Below, one piece after another: positions 47,352-56,835 of a DNA stretch of 64,000 bases. The position numbers were made by a program, and so were the translations under genes. The stretch is from positions 1,054,001 to 1,118,000 of the forward strand of contig OZ251241.1 in NCBI GenBank assembly GCA_965240325.2. The letters are read 5' to 3'. This stretch comes from Rebecca billardiae RCC1528 (taxonomy: Eukaryota > Protista > Haptophyta). How positions within the stretch are numbered: the stretch's first letter is position 1; the number at the start of each line of letters is the position of its first letter. Below the pieces are notes generated by a model, which saw nothing but the letters and a program-made list of their open reading frames with translations, did not search any database and was not told the origin of the DNA.

Positions 47352-49433
47352 TTACGACGTGCGCTGCCGCTTGCTCGTGCTGTCGTCGCGCTGCTCTGAC
47401 GACTGAGCACGAATGACGTCCGCCGCCACGGCCTGCATTAGCATGCATGCCTCGAGCGGATCCTCGCGCATGAACGCACTCCAACGCTCATGGCTCACGA
47501 TCGTCTCGAAGTTGGCCTTCACCACACCGCGCGCTGCCTCGCTGATCCGAGAGCCAGCTCCCGCCGCGCGCGCGTGCCGCAGGATGTCCAGGCAGTTGTC
47601 CGCGTCCAGCACGCCCAGCACCGCCTCCTCGCACCGACCCGCCACGAGGCCCAGCAGGTCACCGCCAGCGCGCGCAGAGGCCGCCTCGGCTGCGTCTGGT
47701 CCAGACGGCCGTGCGCCTTGCGCGCTCCCAGCAGCACCCTCGCCGGGCGGCTGCAGCTTGCTCGCCAGCCGAAGCAGCTCGAGCACCTCGCCCGGCTCGG
47801 TGGGCAGCTCGGCGCGACCGCCCGCGTGCAGCTGGCGCAGCAGCGCCTCGTGCGCCGCCGAGCTGAAGTCCGGGTCGGCGTCCACCTCGCGCCGGCTGCC
47901 CTCGGCCAGGCCGCCGCCCAGCTGCCGCGCAAAGTAGCTCGAGCCGTGGATCAGGAGCGCGCGGCTGCCGCCCAGCTGCGTGCCGTCCGCGCAGCGGAAC
48001 ACCACGTCGTGCCGCGCGGCGGACGGCTCGCTCACCAACGCCGACTGCGACAGCAGCTGCTCGTGCGACGCGCGCAGCTCGTCGACCTCCTGCGCCAGCC
48101 GGGCGCACTGCGCGCCCGCCGAGCCCAGCGCGCGCTCACAGCACGCGTCGTCACGCACGAGCTTCTTCGCAGCCTGCATGCAGGCGTCCCCGCTGTCTTG
48201 ATGCGCACGGCGCAGCAGCGCGCCCACGGCCTGCTCGTTGCTCGCCACCGCCGCGCGGCCGGCAGCCGAGCTGGTGAGGGCATCGATCGCACGCTGTGCC
48301 CGTGCTCGAGTGGTAGGGTCGGGTGAGCACGCCGCTGAAGCGAGCGGAGGGATGGCGCCAGCCTCGACGATTGGCGCGCAGAGCGAGTCTGACCTGGCGA
48401 GGGTGCGGAGAGCACCCGCTGCATTGCCCAGAGCGTACGCATCGGTGCTGGACTTGAGCAGCGCGACGAGCGGTGTAATCGCGCCAGCCTCGGCGATTGG
48501 TGCGCGGAGCGGGGGATCGGCAGCAAGGTTGCCGAGCGCACCCGCTGCATTGCCCAGAGCCTTCGCATTGGTGCTGGACGTGAGCAGCGCGACGAGCGGC
48601 GAGATCGCGCCAGCTTCGGCGATCGGTGCGCGGAGCGAGAGATCGCAAGCAAGGTTGCAGAGAGCACCCGCTGCCTCGCCCAGAGTATCCGTATCGGTGC
48701 TGGACGTCAGCAGCGCGACGAGCGGCGAGATCGCGCCAGAGTCGGCGATTGGCGCGCGGAGCGAGGGATCCAAAGCAAGGTTGCCGAGAGCACCCGCTGC
48801 CTCGCCCAGAGTGATCGCATCGGTGCTGGACGTCAGCAGCGCGACGAGCGGCGAGATCGCGCCAGCCTCGGCGATCGGTGCGCGGAGCGAGAGATCGCAA
48901 GCAAGGTTGCCGAGAGCACCCGCTGCATTGCCCAGAGTGCCCGTATCGCTGCTGGACTTGAGCAGCGCGACGAGCGGTGCAATCGCGCCAGCCTCGGCGA
49001 TCGGTGCGCAGAGCGGGAGATCGGAAGCGAGATTGGCGACAGCACGCGCCGCTGCCCTGTGCGTCCATTCAGCATCGGTTGTCTGCAGCATGGCCACGAG
49101 GGGCTGCACCGCGCCAGCCTGTGACACGCAGCCAGGGATATGGGACGCAATGCCCCCAAGAGCTGCCGCCGCAGCTGCCCGAACGCTTGCTTCGCGTGAT
49201 GCTCCCAGCATGCGCACAAGCGCTGCCACCGAGCCGCCTTGCTCGATGGCATCGGGCTCTTCGAGTTTGCCGCCCGTCATCGAAACGCAGAATGGCGTGA
49301 GGGCGCTCACGATGGCCTCGTCATCACGTGGCGTCGCCTCGAGCGCGCGCACGAGGTCAGAGAGCGTGGTGGGGCCGATGACCGCCGAGGCGAGTGCCCC
49401 AGCGCGAGCCACGGCCTCCTGGACCAATTCCAT
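47352..49433 (-). CDS. ARM-repeat/BTB-BACK protein, copy 4 (5 variable modules)
   Basis: Same architecture; 693 aa from MELVQEAV. Confidence 0.9.
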   Translation of the reverse strand: MELVQEAVARAGALASAVIGPTTLSDLVRALEATPRDDEAIVSALTPFCVSMTGGKLEEPDAIEQGGSVAALVRMLGASREASVRAAAAAALGGIASHIPGCVSQAGAVQPLVAMLQTTDAEWTHRAAARAVANLASDLPLCAPIAEAGAIAPLVALLKSSSDTGTLGNAAGALGNLACDLSLRAPIAEAGAISPLVALLTSSTDAITLGEAAGALGNLALDPSLRAPIADSGAISPLVALLTSSTDTDTLGEAAGALCNLACDLSLRAPIAEAGAISPLVALLTSSTNAKALGNAAGALGNLAADPPLRAPIAEAGAITPLVALLKSSTDAYALGNAAGALRTLARSDSLCAPIVEAGAIPPLASAACSPDPTTRARAQRAIDALTSSAAGRAAVASNEQAVGALLRRAHQDSGDACMQAAKKLVRDDACCERALGSAGAQCARLAQEVDELRASHEQLLSQSALVSEPSAARHDVVFRCADGTQLGGSRALLIHGSSYFARQLGGGLAEGSRREVDADPDFSSAAHEALLRQLHAGGRAELPTEPGEVLELLRLASKLQPPGEGAAGSAQGARPSGPDAAEAASARAGGDLLGLVAGRCEEAVLGVLDADNCLDILRHARAAGAGSRISEAARGVVKANFETIVSHERWSAFMREDPLEACMLMQAVAADVIRAQSSEQRDDSTSKRQRTS

Positions 49434-50252
49434 GCCGCTGCCGCTGGGCAGCCGCTCGTCGCCGCTCGATCGACAAGCGAAAGCGCTGCTCGATCGACGA
49501 TGTCCGAGCGCTGACAGTCCGCTGAGCAGCGCGCAGCCAACCGTCCTCATCGTCGCCCGGAGCCCTCCACCCGGACTCTGGGTGAACGGTCGCTCCACGG
49601 CCGGAGAAGCAGCGCGATGGCGGGCTGGAGTTCTAGGACGACCGCCCGTCTCTCTGACCCGATGCATGGCGAAGCTTTCGCCGCCCGGCCCTTCCGCTGG
49701 CAGTATGCCACTGCCTAGACAGTGAGTAGCTGATGCAGCTGCCAGTAGCGCGCGCAGTTGGTCAGTGCCCGTGCCGAATCAAGGTCCGAACCAGCTGCAG
49801 GCCGAACGGCCGAAGCACTGGGTCGATGACATGAACTGACGACGTTCACAGCGGGAGTGTGGCGGTCGTGGGCACCAAGCTACGTGCACAACTTTCTCCA
49901 GGATGTGCCTGGTGATGGCGGAGCACTCTCGACTCTGCGTCAGGTGTACTGTCAGCACGCCCAGGGCCGGGCACCGCCCGTTCTGACGATCATCATCAAT
50001 TTAGTCATCACCGCCCCTCGGCCTCGTCCTCGATCGTTCGACGACGCGGTCATCGTCCTCAGTGAAACGTAATCAGTATTTATTGTCGTCGCATCGAAAG
50101 CCTCATCATGCGACGAGATGAATCATCAAGCCAGTACGAGTGCGCACCTAAAATCAGAATCGTCGGACATCATCGATCTGACTGATGACAGATGCTATGC
50201 TGAGGCCGTCCGCGCCGCCGCCAGTGATGCTGCGCAATCTGCGCTCTGGTGC

Positions 50253-52220
50253 TTAAGACGTGCGCTGCCGCTTGCTCGTGCTGTCGTCGCGCTGCTCTGG
50301 CGGCTGCACACGAGCGAGGTCCACCGCCACTGCCTGCATCAGCATGCATGCCTCGAGCGAATCCTCGCGCATGAACGCACTCCAACGCTCATCACTCACG
50401 ATCGCCTCCAAGTTGGCCTTCACCACAGCGCGCGCTGCCTCGCTGATCCGAGAGCCAGCTCCCGCCGCGCGCGCGTGCCGCAGGATGTCCAGGCAGTTGT
50501 CCGCGTCCAGCACGCCCAGCACCGCCTCCTCGCACCGACCCGCCACAAGGCCCAGCAGGTCACCGCCAGCGCGCGCAGAGGCCGCCTCGGCTGCGTCTGG
50601 TCCAGACGGCCGTGCGCCTTGCGCGCTCCCAGCAGCACCCTCGCCGGGCGGCTGCAGCTTGCACGCCAGCCGAAGCAGCTCGAGCACCTCGCCCGGCTCG
50701 GTGGGCAGCTCGGCGCGACCGCCCGCGTGCAGCTGGCGCAGCAGCGCCTCGTGCGCCGCCGAGCTGAAGTCCGGGTCGGCGTCCACCTCGCGCCGGCTGC
50801 CCTCGGCCAGGCCGCCGCCCAGCTGCCGCGCAAAGTAGCTCGAGCCGTGGATCAGGAGCGCGCGGCTGCCGCCCAGCTGCGTGCCGTCCGCGCAGCGGAA
50901 CACCACGTCGTGCCGCGCGGCGGACGGCTCGCTCACCAACGCCGACTGCGACAGCAGCTGCTCGTGCGACGCGCGCAGCTCGTCCACCTCCTGCGCCAGC
51001 CGGGCGCACTGCGCGCCCGCCGAGCCCAGCGCGCGCTCACAGCACGCGTCGTCACGCACGAGCTTCTTCGCAGCCTGCATGCAGGCGTCCACGCCGGCCG
51101 CGCCAGCGTCGTGGTGCGCACGACGCAGCAGCGCGCCCACGGCCTGCTCGTTGCTCGCCATTGCCGCGCGGCCGGCGGCCAAGCTGGTGAGGGCATCGAT
51201 CGCACGCTGTGCCCACTTTCGAGTGTCCAGGTCGGGTGAGCACGCTGCTGAAGCGAGCGGAGGGATGGCGCCAGCCTCGACGATTGGTCCGCACAGCGAG
51301 TCTGACCTGGCGAGGTTGCAGAGAGCAGCCGCTGCCTCGCCCAGAGTATCCGTATCGGTGCTGGACGTGAGCAGCGCGACGAGCGGTGAGATCGCGCCAG
51401 CGTCGGCGATCGGTGCGCAGAGCGGGGGATCACCAGCAAGGTTGAAGAGAGCACTAGCTGCACTGCCCAGAGTGTTCGCATCGGTGCTGGACTTCAGCAG
51501 CGCGACGAGAGGTGTGATCGCACCCGCCTCGGCGATCGGTGTGCGGAGTGAGTCTGACCTGGCGAGGTTGCGGAGAGCACACGCTGCATTGCCCAGAGTG
51601 ATCGCATTGGTGCTGGACGTGAGCAGCGCGATGAGCGGCGAGATCGCGCCAGCCTCGGCGATCGGGGCACGGAGCGAGAGATCGCAAGCAAGGGTGCCGA
51701 GAGCAGCCGCTGCACTGCCCAGAGCGGTCGCATCGGTGCTGGACTTCAGCAGCGCGACGAGCGGTGTGATCGCGCCAGCGTCGGCGATCGGTGCGCGGAG
51801 CGAGTCAAAGGTGGCAAGGCTGCAGAGAGCAAGAGCTGCCGCCTTGTGCATCCCTTCAGCATCGGTTGTCTGCAGCATGGCCACGAGGGGCTGCACCGCG
51901 CCAGCCCGTGACATGCAGCCAGGGACATGGGCGGCGATCCTCGCGAGAGCTGCCGCCGCAGCTGCCCGAACGCTTGCTTCGCGTGATGCTCCCAGCATGC
52001 GCACGAGGGTTGCGACCGAGCCGCCTCGCTCGATGGCATCGGGCTCTTCGATCGTGCGGCCCGGCCTCGGAACGCAGAATGGCGTGAGCGCGCTCACGAT
52101 GGCCTCGTCATCACGTGGCGTCGCCTCGAGCGCGCGCACGAGGTCAGAGAGCGTGGCGGGGCCGATAGCCGCCGAGGCGAGTGACCCAGCGCGAGCCAGG
52201 GCCTCCTGGACAAATCCCAT
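50253..52220 (-). CDS. ARM-repeat/BTB-BACK protein, copy 5 (4 variable modules)
   Basis: Same architecture; 655 aa from MGFVQEAL. Confidence 0.9.
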   Translation of the reverse strand: MGFVQEALARAGSLASAAIGPATLSDLVRALEATPRDDEAIVSALTPFCVPRPGRTIEEPDAIERGGSVATLVRMLGASREASVRAAAAAALARIAAHVPGCMSRAGAVQPLVAMLQTTDAEGMHKAAALALCSLATFDSLRAPIADAGAITPLVALLKSSTDATALGSAAAALGTLACDLSLRAPIAEAGAISPLIALLTSSTNAITLGNAACALRNLARSDSLRTPIAEAGAITPLVALLKSSTDANTLGSAASALFNLAGDPPLCAPIADAGAISPLVALLTSSTDTDTLGEAAAALCNLARSDSLCGPIVEAGAIPPLASAACSPDLDTRKWAQRAIDALTSLAAGRAAMASNEQAVGALLRRAHHDAGAAGVDACMQAAKKLVRDDACCERALGSAGAQCARLAQEVDELRASHEQLLSQSALVSEPSAARHDVVFRCADGTQLGGSRALLIHGSSYFARQLGGGLAEGSRREVDADPDFSSAAHEALLRQLHAGGRAELPTEPGEVLELLRLACKLQPPGEGAAGSAQGARPSGPDAAEAASARAGGDLLGLVAGRCEEAVLGVLDADNCLDILRHARAAGAGSRISEAARAVVKANLEAIVSDERWSAFMREDSLEACMLMQAVAVDLARVQPPEQRDDSTSKRQRTS

Positions 52221-53069
52221 GCCGCCGCCGCAGTGGGCAGCCGCTCGTCGCCGCTCGATCGACAAGCGCTCTCGTATCGACGATGAGCGAGTGCTGAGCA
52301 GCGCGCAGCCAACCGTCGTCGTGGCTGCGCGCGCCCGGAGCCCTCCGCCCGGACCGGCTGGGCGAACAGAACGGTCGCTCCACGGCCGGAGAAGCAGCGC
52401 GATGGCGGGCTGGAGCTCTAGGACGGCAGCCGTCTGTCTCTCTGACCCGATGCATGGCGAAGCCTTCGCTGCCCGGCCCTTGCGCTGGCAGTAAGCCGGT
52501 ATCTAGCTAGTGAGTAGCTGATGTAGCCACCGGGACCGCGCGCAGGTGGTCAGTGCCCGTGCCGAATCAGGTCCGAACCAGCTGCAGGCCGAACGGCCGA
52601 AGCACTGGGTCGATGACAGGAACTGAGGACGTTCACAGCAGGAGTGTGGCGGCAGTGGGCACCAAGCTACGTGAACAACTTTCTCCGGGATGTGCGTCGC
52701 GATGGTGGAGCACTCTCGACTCTGCGTCAGGTGCACTCCCCACTCACGCCCAGGGCCGGGCACCGCCCGTTCTCATCGTCATCGCCCCTCGTGGCCTCGC
52801 GATCGTGCGACGACGAGGAAGCGGTCATCATCGATCGTCCTTATTGAAACGGAACTACTACGCAATATTTGCTGCCGTCGCATCCGGAAAGCCTCATCAT
52901 GCGCGACGGGATGAATCATCAAGCAGCTTCGGTTGCACACCTACTATTGTAATATAGGCTGGCTACTCCGGGACTACGGGACTATCGAGTGATCGTCGGA
53001 CACTCGATCCGATGACTGATTACGAGGCTCTGCGCCGCCGCCAGTGTCAGTGATGCTGCGCTCTGATGC

Positions 53070-54662
53070 TTACGACGTGCGCAGCCGCTTGCTCGTGCTG
53101 TCATCGCCCTGCTCTGACGACTGAGCACGAACGACGTCCGCCGCCACTGCCTCCAACAGCGTGCACGCCTCGAGCGGATCCTTGTTCTTGAACGCACTCC
53201 AAAGCTCAGACTGGCTCACGATCGCCTCGAAGTTGGCCTTCACCACACCGCGCGCTGCCTCGCTGATCCGAGAGCCAGCTCCCGCCGCGCGCGCGTGCCG
53301 CAGGATGTCCAGGCAGTTGTCCGCGTCCAGCACGCCCAGCACCGCCTCCTCGCACCGACCCGCCACGAGGCCCAGCAGGTCACCACCAGCGCGCGCAGAG
53401 GCCGCCTCGGCTGCGTCTGGCCCAGAAAGCAGTGCGCCTTGCGCGCTCCCAGCAGCACCCTCGCCGGGCGGCTGCAGCTTGCACGCCAGCTGAAGCAGCT
53501 CGAGCACCTCGCCCAGCTCGGTGGGCAGCTCGGCGCGCCCGCCCGCGTGCAGCTGGCGCAGCAGCGCCTCGTGCGCCGCCGAGCTGAAGTCCGGGTCGGC
53601 GTCCACCTCGCGCCGGCTGCCCTCGGCCAGGCCGCCGCCCAGCTGCCGCGCAAAGTAGCTCGAGCCGTGGATCAGGAGCGCGCGGCTGCCGCCCAGCTGC
53701 GTGCCGTCCGCGCAGCGGAACACCACGTCATGCCGCGCGGCGGACGGCTCGCTCACCAACGCCGACTGCGACAGCAGCTGCTCGTGCGACGCGCGCAGCT
53801 CGTCCACCTCCTGCGCCAGCCGGGCGCACTGCGCGCCCGCCGAGCGCAGCGCGCGCTCACAGCACGCATCGTCACGCACGAGCTTCTTCGCAGCCTGCAT
53901 GCAGGCGTCCCCGCCGGCCGTGCCAGCGTCGTGGTGCGCACGACGCAGCAGCGCGCCCACTGCCTGCTCGTTGCTCGCCACCGCTGCGCGGCCGACGGCT
54001 GAGCTGGTAAGGGCATCGATCGCGTGCTGTGCCCGTGCTCGAGTGGTAGGGTCGGGCGAGCACATCGCTGAAGCAAGCGGCGGGATGGCGCCAGCCTCGA
54101 TGATTGGCACGCGGAGCGAGTATGACCTGGCAAGGTTGCGGAGAGCACTTGCTGCACCACACAGAGCGCTTGCATCGGTGCTGGAGTTGAGCAGCGCGAC
54201 GAGCGGTGTGATCGCGCCAGCCTCGGCGATCGGAGCGCGGAGCGGGGGATCGTAAGCAAGGTAGAAGAGAGCAAGAGCAGCCTCCTTGCACGTCCCTTCA
54301 GCATCGGTTGTCTGCAGCATGGCCACGAGGGGCTGCACCGCGCCAGCCCGTGACACGCAGCCAGGAACATGGGCCGCGATCCTCGCAAGAGCTGCCGCCG
54401 CAGCTGTCCGAACGCTTGCTTCGCGTGATGCTCCCAGCATGCGCACAAGCGTTGCGACCGAGCCGCCTCGCTCGACTGCATTGGGCTTCTTGAGTTTGCT
54501 GCCCGGCATCGGAACGCAGAACGGCGTGAGCGCGCGCACGATGGCATCATTATCACGTGGCGTCGTCTCGAGCGCGCGCACGAGGTCAGAGAGCGTGGCG
54601 GGGCCGATGACTGCCGAGGTGAGTGAGTCGACGCGAGCTTCGGCCTCCTGGATAAATGCCAT
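53070..54662 (-). CDS. ARM-repeat/BTB-BACK protein, copy 6 (1 variable module; unique upstream region)
   Basis: Same architecture; 530 aa from MAFIQEAE. Divergent from the SHPRH-like gene. Confidence 0.9.
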   Translation of the reverse strand: MAFIQEAEARVDSLTSAVIGPATLSDLVRALETTPRDNDAIVRALTPFCVPMPGSKLKKPNAVERGGSVATLVRMLGASREASVRTAAAAALARIAAHVPGCVSRAGAVQPLVAMLQTTDAEGTCKEAALALFYLAYDPPLRAPIAEAGAITPLVALLNSSTDASALCGAASALRNLARSYSLRVPIIEAGAIPPLASAMCSPDPTTRARAQHAIDALTSSAVGRAAVASNEQAVGALLRRAHHDAGTAGGDACMQAAKKLVRDDACCERALRSAGAQCARLAQEVDELRASHEQLLSQSALVSEPSAARHDVVFRCADGTQLGGSRALLIHGSSYFARQLGGGLAEGSRREVDADPDFSSAAHEALLRQLHAGGRAELPTELGEVLELLQLACKLQPPGEGAAGSAQGALLSGPDAAEAASARAGGDLLGLVAGRCEEAVLGVLDADNCLDILRHARAAGAGSRISEAARGVVKANFEAIVSQSELWSAFKNKDPLEACTLLEAVAADVVRAQSSEQGDDSTSKRLRTS

Positions 54663-54843
54663 GTGCTGATGTGGCCGTCGTAGGACAAGCCGTCGTCGTC
54701 GGTGGGCAGCTGGTCGTTTGGAGTTGTTCTGCAATCCGGTCCAACCGTCATCGTCGTGTTGCCCACCCGGACTGGGTCCGGGTGGTGGAGCGCGGTGTCG
54801 CGGATCTCCGCCTCCGTGTCGTCGCGCCCGCGCGTGCACGGCC

Positions 54844-56775
54844 ATGGGCAGGCGGAAGGCCGCTCCTCAGCGGCAGCTGCACGAGGCGTCCCACGAGCCC
54901 GCGAGCCTGATGGAGCCGCCGCCGCTGCCCGACTGGGCGCAGCGCGAGCGCAGCGCGCGCGAGGACCTCCCGAGCGCGCGCGCCAAGCGGCAGCGCGCGC
55001 CGCCCGCGCGCCGGCTGTCGTCGACGTCGCTCGACGCGGCCGCACGCGCGGACGCGACGCTCCTGTGCACCCGGGACGTGCACGCGCCCCCGCCCAGCGG
55101 CCCACTCCGCTTCGTCGTCCTTCGCGCCGAGGCTGGCGGGCACTCGCTGTCCCTGCAGTCGACGCTTGACGACGACGGCTCCGGCGCGGGCGACGCGCCG
55201 AGCGTGCCCGTGGAGCAGGCGCTCTCGCTCGAGGCCGAGGCCGCCGAGGCGCTCGTCTACCTCAGCGAGCGCGGCCTCGTCCACCTCGAGCCCGCGCCGC
55301 ACGCCGCGCACGGCGGCGAGCCCGAGGGTGGCACGAGCCAGGACGCAGGCCGATCAGCAAACGGCGCCGCTGCCGTGTCCGTTCTGCTGCTCGGCGGCCT
55401 GTTCCACCAGTGCGCCGACGCGAGCGCGGCCCCGCCGGCGCGCAACCACGTGCGGCTCGCCGTGGTCAAGCTGATGCACGCGCTCCTCGGCGACGCCCTC
55501 GCGCGCGCGGCGCCGAGTGCCGCGGCCGCATGCGCGCGCGCGCAGCCTGAGAGCGGTGCCGCTGGGAGCGACGACCCTGCCGCCCTCAGCACGGACGCGG
55601 CGGCGGCGGCGGCGGCCGCCGCGCTCATGGCGGACCTCGAGGAGCACACGGCCCGGCGGCACGCGCTCACGGGCGCCGACGCCGGCGGCGCGCGCGACGC
55701 GGCGCACTCCGCACGCGCCCCTCAGGCCTCGGCCGCGGCAGAGGGGGCGGCCGCGGGTCCGGCCGGCTCGCCCGGGGCGGCTCCCGCCGCGGGGATGGCG
55801 CCGGGCGCGGGCTTCGTGGCCGTGGGCTCTCCGCCCGCACTGCTCCCCACGCTCCGCCCGTACCAGCTGCGCGCGCTCAGCTGGATGGTGAGCCGCGAGG
55901 CGCAGCCCGGCGGCGCGCCGTCCGGGGCGCGCGAGCTGGCAGCTGCGTCGGGTCGGGCTTCGGACGCGGCTGCGGTGGGCGACGATGGCGAAGGTGCGCG
56001 CGTGGGTGGAGGCGGCGGGTCGGAGGAGCGCGCGGGTGGCGCGGGCGAGGAGGCTTACGAGCCGACGCCGCCCGCCGAGCTCAGCGTCACGCTCCACGCT
56101 GCTGACGGTGCATGCCTCATCTACTGCCCAGCCAACGGCTGCCTGCAGCGGCCGGCAGCGGCGCCGCGCGAGCGACGCGCGCGCGCGCCGCGCGGCTGTG
56201 CGGCGCCGAGCGCCGCGCTGCCGGCCGGCGGCGGGCTCTCCGTCAGCGCCGCGCCCGACCCTGGCGGCGCGCTCTCGCGCGCGCTGCGCGGCGGCATCCT
56301 CGCTGACGAGATGGGCCTGGGTAAAACGGTTGAGGTGATCTCGCTGATACTGGCGCGGCCGATGTCGACGGCCGCGCCGGCGGCCGCGGAGGGCGGGACG
56401 GCGTCCGCGCCGGCGGCGGCGGGTCCGGGTGTGTCGGTTGGGTCGGCGCGCGCGAGGTGCGCTGCGTCGGCGGCGCCTGCGGGCGAGGGCCCCGCCGAGC
56501 CGCCGCGCAAGCGGCCGCGCGCCTCTCCTGGCGGCGCCAGGGCGGGCGGCCGCGCGCCGCCCGTCCGCGCGGCCGCGGATGGGACGGAGGAGGAGGAGGC
56601 GCCGACAAGGGCCGGCGCCGCGGGGTTCGCCGCCGACGTGTGCGTGATCTGCTGCGAGCGCTCGGCCGGCGCGCGCGCGGGCGCGGGCGCGGAGGGCTGG
56701 GTCGCGTGCGACACGTGCGGCGGCTGGGTGCACATGGCGTGCGCGGGGCTCGACGAGCCCGTGGCTTCAGCGGCG

Positions 56776-56835
<60 letters not shown>

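Larger units (their letters stand above)
39120..54660. repeat. Tandem segmental array: six gene copies separated by five homologous ~0.8-0.9 kb spacers
   Basis: Near-identical BTB-coding blocks and spacer cores recur; for example ggtccgaaccagctgcagg near 41070, 43785, 46910, 49785 and 52570. Confidence 0.95.

Noticed and set aside
42640-51800. CRISPR array or bona fide DGR interpretation of the 126-bp repeats
   Set aside because: The repeats are in-frame coding units without unique spacers. There is no cas, RT, avd or non-coding template repeat in the window.
36324-56823. (CCG)n and (GGC)n tracts near 36324-36360 and 56776-56823
   Set aside because: Ordinary poly-Gly coding microsatellites.
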